From Tubiluchus corallicola (lineage: Eukaryota; Animalia; Priapulida): a stretch of 34,357 bases of DNA. Shown one piece after another: positions 1 to 10,454 of the stretch. The DNA is taken from positions 34,878 to 69,234 of the forward strand of contig JAQGDQ010001028.1 in assembly GCA_030141605.1 (NCBI GenBank), given 5' to 3'. The position numbers and the translations under genes were made by a program. Below the pieces are notes generated by a model. The model ran no database searches, was not told where the DNA came from, and worked only from the letters and a program-made list of their open reading frames with translations. Positions within the stretch are counted from its first letter, which is position 1. Each line of letters opens with the position of its first letter.

Positions 1-1789
1 CAACAACAACAATAACGGCGTCATCAACGAGCATGGGTCCCCCACCTAACATCGTTTTTGTCAACCGGAAGAAAGCATCCGACCAGGATAAAGATAAATG
101 AATATTTTTTAAATAGTAAAGGTACACCCCATCAGGATAAAGATAAATGAATATTTTAAAAAGTAAATACACTTCAGTCTCTGGCAATTTTAGTGTAATA
201 GTAAAGCGCCTCAGTTTTTTCTCTTTGTACATCTAGTCTAGATAAAAGTAAAATTTTAAATACCCTATTGTCAAAAAAGAAATCTTTCAATAAAAATGTG
301 GCTAATGCAACTTGTGAGTTTTTGGGATTATATATATATATATATCCTCACCTAAAAAATACTGACTCGTTGAAATGCGTGCAGACTAGAAGGCTGCGGG
401 CATTCAATTTTATCTAGACGGCAGCTGTCCTACTGTCTGCTTGCTGTACATTCCAACGGGCTTTTAAAAAAACAGGTACACGCACTTAAATAGCCGCGGG
501 TGTCATGTCTCGCAAGTCAATTAACGGATTAAGCCCTCATTAGCTAGGTAGTCGAGTCAATTACCGGATTAAGTAATAGACACGTGCCTGCCTTGGCGTC
601 TGATCAGATGAGTGCATTCGTTGCGGGTTTAAACATGCGAGTTAGTACAGATAGAAAGATTTTTACAAAATAGACACGTGCCTGCCTTGGCGCCTGATCA
701 GATGAGTGCATTCGTTGCGGGTTTAAACATGCGAGTTAGTACAGATAGAAAGATTTTACAAAATGAAAAGATAATTTTAACTAACATTAGTTATTATTGT
801 TCTGTCGGATAAAAAAAGTGGATGACGACCAAAGATCAGACTCTGCTTTAGGTAATACCGCGTCATCATCGTCGTTGGATACAGTTGACAAAAAAATAAA
901 GAAACCCAGAAATTAATCATGCTCGGCGACGTGTGAGTAGACTGTATGTTACACGTGGTAACGTTCGTGCTAATGGTCGGCCCGTGCTAACAATCGTGCT
1001 CGGCGGTGTGTGCGCGTGTGAGTAGACTGTATGTTGCACGATGCGACCGCATTGGATGGAGCGAAGGAGGCTTTTCGGCGACGGCATCCATCCATCCATC
1101 TCGGATAAAGGTAGGATAAAATTGTATCGCAACTTAGACGTGCATAAAAGAACATTCTAACCCGGATGAGGGTGGAGTAAAATTTTAAAAAATTGCATGG
1201 CAATTTAGACTCGCATAAAAGAACATCCTAACCATTTAACGACGACGACGACGACGAGACTGTGCACTGCTGCACGTGGGTAGAGAAATCTTTTAGCGTA
1301 GCCACGCGCGCGCGCAAGTCAATTACCCCATTATCTAGCTAGCGGCCAGCTAGGCGGCGAGAGTCGATTACCGGATTAGGCACAATTAGGGTGGAGCAAA
1401 GTGCGCGAGCGCGTGTCGAACGGACGACTGCATTTACCGCGGAGGGGGGGTGTTCTCGCCGGGCGCACCCCCCAAAGCGTGCGGGAGTCCCAACCGTCAC
1501 TCCTAATCCTTAAATCGGGCACTTAACTAGCGCAACAATAGACCCACTTCGCTTTTTTTAGGGGGTGATTTTTGTTCCCACCCCCGGCAGCCGAGGGGGG
1601 CGTGGCCCGTCGACCAACCGTCACTCCTAATCCTTAAATTGGTCACTTAACTAGCACGACAATAGAGCCACTTCACTTTTTTAGGGGTGTTCCCGGATTT
1701 TCGCACTTTTTTAGGGGTGTTCCCCCCCCCCCCCCGGGCAGCCAAAGGGGGGTGGGGAAATCGGCCAGAGGTGTAACATCCCTACTACT
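1..1789. mobile_element. Probable terminal portion (TIR region) of a Polinton/Maverick element, continuing off the left edge
   Basis: GC-richer block with no long ORF and many internal duplications, plus G/C-run hairpins at 1441-1760. It ends sharply in ...GTAACATCCCTACTACT at 1789 (reverse complement AGTAGTAGGGATG...), matching the AGTAGT-type terminus known for Polintons. Composition changes abruptly to a 44-bp minisatellite at 1790. No Polinton gene is visible, so the call is inference. Confidence 0.55.
575..764. repeat. 94-bp tandem duplication (2 copies)
   Basis: TAGACACGTGCCTGCCTTGGCG...GATTTTACAAAAT begins at 577 and again at 671; the copies are near-identical. Confidence 0.9.
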
Positions 1790-2054
1790 GAGGGATACCA
1801 ACACCTTGCTTTTGATGCTAGGCTATTAAAATGGAAGGATACCAACTCTTTGTTTTTGATGCTAAGCTATTAAAATGGAAGGATACCAACACTTTGCTTT
1901 TGATGCTAAGCTATTAAAATGGAAGGATACCAACACTTTGCTTTTGATGCCAAGCTATTAAAATGGAAGGATACCAACACTTTGCTTTTGATGCCAAGCT
2001 ATTAAAATGGAAGGATACCAACTCTTTGCTTTCGATGCCAAGCTACTAAAATGG
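1790..2054. repeat. 44-bp minisatellite, 6 copies
   Basis: Unit GGATACCAACACTTTGCTTTTGATGCTAAGCTATTAAAATGGAA starts at 1793, 1837, 1881, 1925, 1969 and 2013. Confidence 0.95.
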
Positions 2055-3094
2055 TCAATTAATACAATGATTAAATATGTGTGTGTATTTTTCAGTCTCA
2101 AAGATTTTGGGAAAATTCCTTCGCGTTGGGGAAGAAAAGCCATAAAACGCTGTAAGATCTGGTACTAAATGCAGGAACCCCAAAGCTTGGTTATTGTTGT
2201 TGGTGGTAGCAGTGGCGGTAGGGATGGTGTCTTTGTATCACATTTATCTTTGAAGGTTGACAGACCATAACGGTGCTCGATTTTTCACTTTCTCAATACG
2301 GCTGACATATGTGCGTGCTGAATGGATCTGCCCCATACATTATTATATTGTTGTGGTTCCTTTCATTGTAATGTACTGTTGCGATAGTAGCCAGGAGGTC
2401 TAGGGTTCAAATCTGGATCAGTGAATCAGTTGGGAAATTGACTGAGAAAGTTTAGGTGTGAACTATCCTAAGTTTTTTCCTGCATTCCTAAAGGTGATAA
2501 TAATTGCAGAACAGGTGCTTAAAATGGATTTGTCCCAGCTATTCTAAAATTTTACGAAAAAGTGTATGCATGACAACGCTAAACGTTATCAAAGTTTAGC
2601 TTTACAATTAGCTTTACAATAAATGAGCAAGCAGGAGTGTTACCATTAGAATTATTGGAACAAACTGAACTGTGTTCCTATCTGATGACAAGTCTCACGA
2701 AAATTCAGTTTTATAATTTATATATTTGCCAAAAATGACAAAATTCTTTACCATGAAAAATGTGGCGACGTTTTTCGTCTGCATTTGAGAATAATTTTAA
2801 CAAATGGTGAGCATACGTTATACAAAAGTATACTAAAGAATACGGCTTTAAAATATTTAAAATTTGTAAATCTGGGTGTCGATTGTTGCACGCTACAATA
2901 ATATTAGCAACCAGACAAATGCGTGTATAATAAAGTAATATTTATTAAACTAATTAGGAACTTAAACAAAGAAGATCAGAGCAGCATGACAGTCTAGAAT
3001 GCAGAACATTCCTAAGCAATCACCAAGATCTTTGATCTACACAAACCATATCTATGGTATTGTTACATCGATGCATCTTTTTTTCTGTACTCAC

Positions 3095-3174
3095 TTTCTT
3101 GTATTTATGTTGCAAGTTCGGCCATATTTGTTTCTTAAAGTTTCCACACGAATAAGAAAGCCATTTATTCCCAT
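3095..3174 (-). CDS. TTLL4: TTLL4-like exon (80 nt, phase 1-0)
   Basis: Acceptor ttcacttttag, donor AAA|gtgagt. Encodes HGNKWLSYSCGNFKKQIWPNLQHKYKK and ends just before the expected NHFPG motif. Confidence 0.75.
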
Positions 3175-6030
3175 CTAAAAGTGAATAAAAAATAAAAAGT
3201 TTGATTCACTTTTATTGACTGACTATATAGAAGCCAGGTTCCAGCAATCAAGGCATGAACTACTTAATGTTTATAGTTGCGACAGGACTGGGACCTAGTA
3301 TTTAGTATGATTAACGATGTGAGAGAGGACACTGAAAAGATAGAAGTGTCATAGCCAGATTCTGATTTGTGTAGATCAATTTTCAACGAAATAAACAGCT
3401 GAAGGCAGTGTGACACATGGAAGATTAACATAAAGATTGAGACAAAGGTTGAGGTGGAGGTTGAGGTTCAGATTAAGGTTAAGGTAAGGCAAGGTTAAAG
3501 TTAACGTTAAAGTTAAGGTTAAGAATAAGGTTAAGGTAAGGTTAAAGATAAGGTTAAGTTTAACAATAAGGTTAAGTTAAGGTTAACGTTAAGAATATGG
3601 TTAAAGTTAAGGTTAAGGATCAGGTTCAGGTTAAGCTTAAGTTTAAGGTTAAGGTTAAGAATAAGGTTAAGTTAAGGTTAAGGTTAAGGTTCAGGTTAAG
3701 GTTAAGTTTAAGGTTAAGAATAAGGTTAAAGTTAAGATTAAGGTTAAGGTTAAGGTTGAGGATCAAGTTCAGGTTAAGGTTAAGGTTAAGTTTAAGTGCT
3801 GTTGTATGGTCAAGGTCAAGATCAAGATTATGATTAAGATTTTTCTAAACCCTAAAGGGAATTTTGTTGTTTTGATTAGAACAAAAGGAACAAATCAAAG
3901 CAAAACAACTAGGCACAGTTATAGAATTTAGAAGAATCAAAGAGTTACAAAAAACAAGTACGTACACTAGTAGGATCAACAGTACTTCTTTATCTACAAA
4001 ATAAGGCAGCAAATTTACGATTGCTGGTATTCTAAAATAAAACTCACGTGTCAACTGAAATTTTGAGTTTAGCACGACTTTTTCTACAAAAGCTCTGCTG
4101 CTAGATCTAGAATAACGTGTACTGAATTTCCACTTTAATTTTTTCCTGGCACGACTTGGCAATTCCTCAACTGAAAAGACAATGTAAGAGTGGAAGCAGA
4201 GTCGGAGAACGTGGCGGGGTCAAGGGGCAATGGCCCCCGGACGCAAGGGTGAGAGGGCACAAAATACTTCTAGTGTTCAATCTCTGTTAATTATTAATTA
4301 CAGATTCGACATTAACAAAACAAGTAACAAAAGCTTTCAAACAACAGCAAAATTGCCTTGTCACAGATCATCGTAGCTGACTTATATACGACATGCAGCC
4401 TAGAAAAATAGCTAATGTTGTTACTTAACAGCGTTACACAGGTGTGCCCTAGCAGATCGATAGTTTTGGGAGAAACAATGGCGCTTCTCTAAATGCCGAT
4501 TGTATTATTGTGAAAACGTGTAGTGTTCTGTATCTTTCACAATCTTTGCATGTTTTATTGCTGGAGCTGAATGTTTAATGACTGTCGTGTTATGAGCAAC
4601 TAATACATAGAAAAGAGTTATTCTGCTGCAGTACAACAAATCAAACTCAGGGCGATTCTTTTTTCGATTATCTTTACCCAATCATGTCGAAAAAGCAAAG
4701 TCAGACTCAGGGACGAAAAAACGCACACAGTTTGTAATTTCTCCCACGAAAGAAATGATCAAAACATTAAAAGGGTAGGGCGCCTGAATTTTTTTCCCCG
4801 GGCACCACAAGAACTTGCTACGCCATTGCATGGAAGCCAGTTCAAGATGGTTAAGAACGAATAATTGGTTTGAAGATTAGTTAGCTAAATAGTTAATTAG
4901 TTAACTAAAACATGACATGCTAGAGTAGTTACTGAACTTTTAGGACTAAATTAATCGAAACGTATGTTCTCCTACCACTATGTACTGGTTAGCCATTTTT
5001 GTGTGGTTCAAAGATCATAGCATTGGATTCGTAATCTCAAAGTTTCTGGTTCAAATGTAGGCTCAGTCTTACTTTTTTACATTTCTTTTAATTTGGTCAA
5101 GCTTGACTTCACGAAACCTCATCAACAAGTGACTCAATCAGTGGGAGTGGCTTTCCCAATAGACTTAGAAGTGCTGAAGCGCCATCTCCGGAACGGATAT
5201 GACAACATGGCTACTGCCGAAAATAACAACGTTACGACGCGTTCAGACAACTGAGTTTTGTCGTCTAGTTAATACCCCAGGTAACTCGCAAGTGCGTTCA
5301 GACTAATAAGCAGAACTTGGTGCGAGTTACTTTCCAGTAAGTGTGAGTTGACACTTCATTCTTTGTTTACTGCGAGAAGTGTCGAGAGTAACTCGCCAAG
5401 GTGTTCACACCAGACAGTAACTAGCAGGAAATCAATTTGTAGCAACTATCGGAGAGTTTGCGGTGACTCGCAAAGCAGTTAACACTTGTGAGTTTGCTGT
5501 CAGAGAGAAAACACAAACGTGTAACACTTGTGAACTCAGAGAGAAGACTTACGACAAAAAATCGCTAGTCTGAAAGCTCCTTTAGACAAACACCACTCAC
5601 GATTTGCTCTATACTACTCGCAACTCAACTCATCAGTCAAATTAAAGTCATACGACTGACACAAAATGCCAACACAATTAAGTCTTTTTAGTGATAAAAC
5701 TTCCTAGCCGGGTTCAAAATGAAACGTCCATGACTGTGCACACAACTATCCACCAGAAGTGGGTTAGAGCTTCCAAATTTTGTCATAGATTTAAGGTCAA
5801 ATTTTCTTTTTATTAGGTTTTCTGTTAGGTCTGACTTTCTTAACCCTACGCGATATGCTCACCTATCTGTCCAGGTAATGCGAAGTTGATTACAGGTGCA
5901 ACATTAGAAAAGAGACTTGGTATGAGAGCAGGTATCACCCGGGGGCATTCTTCTGTCCAGGAATTGTTCCAGAGTGTTGCGAGACTTCGACCAGGAACTC
6001 GTACATCAACCCAAAGCGTGCCATCGTATT
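3095..6030 (-). CDS. TTLL4: TTLL4-like tubulin glutamylase, partial spliced gene (exons 6030-5863, 4170-4048, 3174-3095); the 3' part lies beyond the left edge
   Basis: Joined translation ...PALIPSLFSNVAPVINFALPGQI-VEELPSRARKKLKWKFSTRYSRSSSRAFVEKVVLNSKFQLT-HGNKWLSYSCGNFKKQIWPNLQHKYKK aligns by eye to the start of the TTL domain of human TTLL4 as I recall it (PALIYSLFPNVPPTIYF..VEKLPWEQRKLLRWKMST..IVKQTIGRSHFKIS..DWLGCWG..EHQK). All three exons have pyrimidine-rich AG acceptors and GTGAG donors, with compatible phases 1-1-1-0. Confidence 0.85.
3440..3842 (+). repeat. Degenerate (GGTTAA)n hexamer, telomere-like satellite
   Basis: About 400 bp of GGTTAA/AGTTAA/GGTTCA/GGTTGA units. It explains the spurious KVKVK/RLRL ORF at 3597-3833. 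Confidence 0.9.
4048..4170 (-). CDS. TTLL4: TTLL4-like exon (123 nt, phase 1-1)
   Basis: Acceptor ttgtcttttcag, donor C|gtgagt. Encodes VEELPSRARKKLKWKFSTRYSRSSSRAFVEKVVLNSKFQLT. Confidence 0.85.
4197..4828. mobile_element. Degenerate hAT-type MITE
   Basis: Ends CAGAGTCGGAG...CTACGCCATTG form an imperfect TIR of the CAGTGGCGTAG type, with GC-rich subterminal GCCCCC/CCCCGGG motifs. Flanks AGTGGAAG and CATGGAAG match at 6 of 8 positions, like a decayed TSD. Confidence 0.6.
4995..5070 (+). mobile_element. Degenerate tRNA-derived SINE head
   Basis: A-box-like TGGTTCAAAG and B-box-like GGTTCAAAT at tRNA-like spacing, without a clean cloverleaf. A similar B-box remnant (GGGTTCAAATC) lies near 2403. 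Confidence 0.35.
5235..5581. mobile_element. Degenerate PIF/Harbinger-type MITE
   Basis: Imperfect TIR GCGTTCAGAC...GTCTGAAAGC, flanked by TTA on both sides, with internal ACTCGCAA/TGCGAGT repeats in both orientations. Confidence 0.45.
5863..6030 (-). CDS. TTLL4: TTLL4-like exon (168 nt, phase 1-1)
   Basis: Acceptor ttgttttcctttaatactttcag, donor AG|gtgagc. Encodes YDGTLWVDVRVPGRSLATLWNNSWTEECPRVIPALIPSLFSNVAPVINFALPGQI, including the SLF-NV-P-I-F motif of TTLL4/5. Confidence 0.85.
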
Positions 6031-6840
6031 CTGAAAGTATTAAAGGAAAACAAGTCATTCAGTGCGTAGGGTTTATTTTACTGTTATTAATTAAAGTTGT
6101 AAAAATATAACAAAGAAATTTGCAACGAATTGCTTATAAAGCATAAATTTAAAACATACTACCTCTGAACATGAATTTTCATGCGTGAGGTGGTTACCGC
6201 CATTCACTTGAAAATCATGACGTAATTGGGAAACTTCGTGAGTTTCCGTAACTGCGTTGCGGCTTTCGGTAAACGCACGCTGCTTAAACTAATTCAGACT
6301 TCTGCAGCTTATTTAATGTTTACGCAAACATATTGCAAAATTAGCTATCCATTTTTTTGCAAAAACTTATTACACTTTTGATGAAGATTGACAGTGTGCT
6401 ACTTTTCTTCAAGACGTCACTGGATGAAGAATGGGCATTGAAAATGGGAGCGCCCATAGGATGAAGGGATCGCGACTTTAGAGTGATTTTACTAGTTACA
6501 CGAGGCGCTTATTGCTGTTATACTGCAAATCCTTCTAACATTTTTTCGCGACTGAGCATTGAAATTAGCCTGAACTCCCAGGAAGCTCCGACCTTTCCTT
6601 TAACTTTTAAACAGACAATTATAAACAAATAGACGTAATGCCCAGCAGTGAGTAAACTTCGTAACCATGTCAAATAAATTAATTTCGACAGTCTCATCTT
6701 AGAGAGTGCTACCGTATAGCGCCAAAACAAGATAAAAATTGCTCTAGATCATAAAATCCAAGTAATAGTGTCACGTGTAAAAAGCCACAAGTACAAAAGT
6801 CACCGAAAAAACCCACAGAAAAAAGCCCGAAAAAAGAAAA

Positions 6841-6908
6841 AACCCTAACCCTAACCCTGACCATAAACCTAACCTTAACCCTAACCCCTAATCCTAATCT
6901 TAACTCTA
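6841..6908. repeat. Interstitial telomere-like (CCCTAA)n tract
   Basis: AACCCTAACCCTAACCCTGA...CCTAATCTTAACTCTAA, degenerate. Confidence 0.85.
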
Positions 6909-6923
6909 AAATACTGAATCCGT

Positions 6924-7112
6924 ACCAGACGGTTTAGTCTAGTAGTAGCGCGTCCGCTTTCAGTCTAGGAGAACGTGAGTTCGATACAGCGGTCGGGTCA
7001 TACCAAAGACTTTAAAAATGGTACAGAGCCTCACGCGTGGTATTTAGGGTAAACGTAGTTGTAGATTGTTATTTACAGTCTGCCCAAAAGCTCTTTGGAA
7101 TTATTATTATTG
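6924..7112 (+). mobile_element. tRNA-derived SINE with a Meta-like central domain (internally deleted)
   Basis: A-box-like TAGTCTAGTAG, B-box GAGTTCGATAC (6977-6987), then GGTCATACCAAAGACTTTAAAAATGGTA, which resembles the start of the MetaSINE domain as I recall it. (ATT)n tail at about 7100-7112. Confidence 0.7.
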
Positions 7113-7946
7113 TATTGAACAAAACGTGCCCTTTTCACGTACATGTAAAGCCATCCTATATAAATAGTAAGGCCAACATGTACACGTGTATTGCCAGTTA
7201 ATAACTGATTTCAAATATTTTTTGTTTTATTACTTTAACTGTTTGTTGACTAACTTGAATATTTTTGTTTGATTACATGACTTTCTTACTCTACTAAAAT
7301 TAAGACTTTTTCTGTGTTCTTTGTGATCTTACTACTGGTCCCCGTTTCGAATTTCATTCTGTTTCATCAAAAGTATCACAGCTATCAGTTGCCAGTCTAC
7401 AAGTGCCCAAACTGTAATTAGAGAGGCAGGACGAAAAGACAAAATGACCAAAATGCAGAATTTCCATTGCACGCTGACAATTAAACAGGGCGTTCGAAAA
7501 AAATAGAGCAGTAGAAATATGACAGCTATGACAGAATAAACCTGAACTCTTCTGCATTATTGCATCATAGTGACGTAAAAAATAATATTCTATTGTTTAT
7601 TAGTCTAATTTTCCTACCTGTGTGTAACATTTTGCCATTACATACAGCGCATGTGCATATGTAGGCTATACTATATACTGTTCCTACTATATAATTTTGG
7701 ACTACGCTTTGGCAGCCTTTTTTGTGCACTACTTCTTTTGGAACACCCAGTACAAGCACTGAAATTTCAAGCATTTTATTCTGGCTTTCAGGCAAATGAA
7801 TTGTAATTAATACGATACTATAGTTACATAACAATATCTCAAAATACAGTTCGCAACTTTACTCAATCTTGCGGCTTAAACATTAACTAACGGCGACATT
7901 TCAAAATAGAATACAAATCAAACTAATGCGTTTTCAAGAAACTTAC

Positions 7947-8007
7947 CTGCTACCGACTCCCTCGGGCGAGCGAAAATTATTAGCAGAACAAAGAAATTAA
8001 GTGACAT
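7947..8007 (-). CDS. Candidate first exon of the TTLL4-like gene (or a 5' UTR exon)
   Basis: ATG at 8007 opens MSLNFFVLLIIFARPRESVA, followed by a consensus donor CAG|gtaagt in phase 1, which is compatible with exon 6030-5863. No homology support. Confidence 0.35.
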
Positions 8008-8097
8008 TAGCGAAGAAATCACAAACACTCGTAATAAACACAGAGGTGGGCACTATAGACTATAGAGTTAGCACAGTTAGCTGTAGCGCCCGGACCT

Positions 8098-8183
8098 GTT
8101 TTTGAATTGCTGCGGGTAAAATGCAGTAGCACTGTCACACGTTTTTGACTTGCTGCGGGTAAAATGCAGTAGCACTGTTGCAC
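8098..8183. repeat. 43-bp tandem duplication
   Basis: GTTTTTGA(A/C)TTGCTGCGGGTAAAATGCAGTAGCACTGT occurs at 8098 and 8141. Confidence 0.9.
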
Positions 8184-8459
8184 TGACTATACTGTACCGG
8201 CTTTAATGGTTTAGTTTCTTTTTATATATTTTTTATCTTCGAAACCTTAACGAGATTTTATTTATTTATTAAATATATCCAATGGTATCATGGTATAACA
8301 ATATGGTGTAGCTGTTGATGACTTCTGAACAACGTAGATGATACTTCCAAAATTGCGTCAAGCAACATTGAGTATTTATAATACTGCTGTGGCAAAAGTT
8401 GGTCAAAATTTTGGCAGAAATGCTGTTGAAGTCAGTTTCTGGCCTTAACATGTAGGCGC

Positions 8460-9830
8460 CAGTGCTGGGACCATTATTATGTTGTGCTGCAATAAACTGG
8501 ATTAACGAGATGGTGATAACAGGGACTGTAATGGGCAGGAATATACATGTGGGTATGTTATTATTCATTGATGATATCGTGGGAATAGGACAAGAAACCA
8601 TAATCAAACAGATGATTAAAAACTGTAACGAAATTGAAAGAACCAAAAGACTATCATTCAATATACAGAAAACACAATATATGAGAACAAACATGACACG
8701 AAAGAAAAGGATTCCAGTATTATGTGAGTCACTAAGGAACGGAAAGGTTAAGGAAGCAGAGGAATACCAATATTTGGGAGATTAATACAAAATGTAGTTA
8801 TGAAACAATGTTGGGAAAACTAACCAGGAAAAATAAAATGATAATTACTTACATCAATACAATAGGAGGTGAGCTGAAAGTGGGAGATTGCTCAATGGGA
8901 GTTAAACTAAAGCTATACAAGCTTCTTTCAGTGAGTGCAGTGCTAAATAGATCTGAGACATGGTCAAATTTGACAACAACTGATTTGGAGAAATTAGAAA
9001 TGATTCAAGCAAATGCTTTAAAAACCTTATTTAATCTTAGCGAATCAACGCCATACTGGGGATTAGTAACTGAAATAGGCATATGGCCTCTAAAACATAA
9101 AGTGAATTATAGGAGACTGATGTTCTATCGAAATTTACTGATTAGTAAACCAAAGAGATTAGCATCAGAGGTACTCGAAATGCAAATAAACAGTGCACAT
9201 GAAAGGTCATGGTATAATGAAGTAGGTGAGGCTGCAAAAAATATACCATAGATGCTAATAAAGAAAGGGTGAAGGTCATGAAAAAGTCTGAATGGAAAAA
9301 GAAATAAAGAATAAGATTGAATGTTTTATAAAGAATGAATGTGCTGAAAATGCAGGAGCAGCACTAAATTGAGATTTTTAGAACATACCGAGTGGAAACG
9401 ACAAAATTACATAGACACATGCAAGCCAGAAGAGGTTAAAGATATATTGGAAATAAGACTGAATATGATTAAAGTTAAAGGAAACTACAAGAATGAGTTA
9501 AAGGATCAGTTATTATGCCCAGTGTGTGGGGAAGATGATGATACTACTGAACATATGCTTAAATGTGGCAGATATGGAGAATATATTAATGAACAGTGAA
9601 AAGGGAGGATTGCTAGAAATCAGAAATCTAGTGAACGAATGCATGGAATACAGGATAAAGACAAATAAAGACATTAAACTGGGAAAAGACAACTAAAAGA
9701 TCAGCGTTATAGAAAAGTAGACTTTGCACCCTATAAAGGTGCCCACCTCTGATAGGTGGAGAGAGTTGAGTATCGCAATCGCAAAACCTATGTGAACGTA
9801 CCTGTAATTTTACCTGTGAAATTGTAAATT
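8460..9830 (+). mobile_element. 5'-truncated, frameshifted non-LTR retrotransposon (RT C-terminus, thumb and C-terminal CCHC finger; RTE-X-like clade tentative)
   Basis: ORF pieces 8462-8785 (LGPLL...LLFIDDIV, the YADD equivalent; EYQYLGD), 8808-9251 (SETW, STPYWGLVTEIGIWP, RRLMF), out-of-frame MKKSEWKK near 9278, and 9369-9599 (CPVCGEDDDTTEHMLKC). Stops and frameshifts separate the pieces. Confidence 0.9.
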
Positions 9831-10454
9831 AAGTTGAGTCTCACTAAACACGCTTGCAGAAACCTCGGTAAACGTTAAATAATGTTTAGATGAATTTTCA
9901 AGTGATTATTTGTAGCGTCTCTACCTGATTTGCTGTAAACCAGTATGATGTTCCAATGATGTATTATGTTGTTATAGCCGCACGATGTCAGTAATATTTA
10001 CTTTTACTGTCTTAAATTATAATAATTAGATTATTATACATTTGTAAGCAGTGAAAGCAGTCAAATTTATTATTTTCATTTTTTATATAGAGAAATAAAG
10101 ATTTCTGACAACACCATATGCTATGAAGGAAATTCTTTTGTGTTCCCGTCATAAAAGCATAACATGACCGGCTTTAACACTAAGCAAACTTGGCAGTTGC
10201 CTTGGGCGCGAAATTTTAGAGTTCGTTAACTTTTAAATTTGGCTTAATTAATAACAAAATGCACGTGTAATTGTTTAAATGAACAATACTTTAATTAAAT
10301 GAAAACGAATTCTTTTTTCCTTTTCACCATTATTGTAAAATTTATGATTCATCCAGGCTAGCACAAAACGCTTTCTACTTTAACTTTACTTGGTTTCACA
10401 GGATTAAATAAATTCAGGCAGGCACTACTGATGTGTAGTGAAGTTTTCAGAGTA

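Noticed and set aside
3-101. End of an open frame (…MGPPPNIVFVNRKKASDQDKDK*) at the window edge
   Set aside because: Too short to assign. It might be the end of an element-encoded gene but cannot be supported from this window.
1958-2160. Minus-strand FLPQ...FPKSL peptide as a next TTLL4 exon
   Set aside because: Only superficial similarity to FFPQSF; the preceding NHFPG/GRKD exon is absent and the frame runs into the minisatellite.
2662-2712. CTGATGA...CGAAA hammerhead-like core
   Set aside because: Stem II cannot pair, there is no stem I, and there is no valid NUH cleavage triplet.
3597-3833. ORF MVKVKVK...LRLRLR
   Set aside because: It is the translation of the GGTTAA hexamer repeat inside an intron.
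5886-6110. Plus-strand 74-aa ORF
   Set aside because: It is the antisense shadow of the TTLL4-like exon 6030-5863.
8269-8461. Possible 5' inversion (twin priming) of the LINE fragment
   Set aside because: Minus-strand translations show no RT motifs; simple 5' truncation explains the junction.
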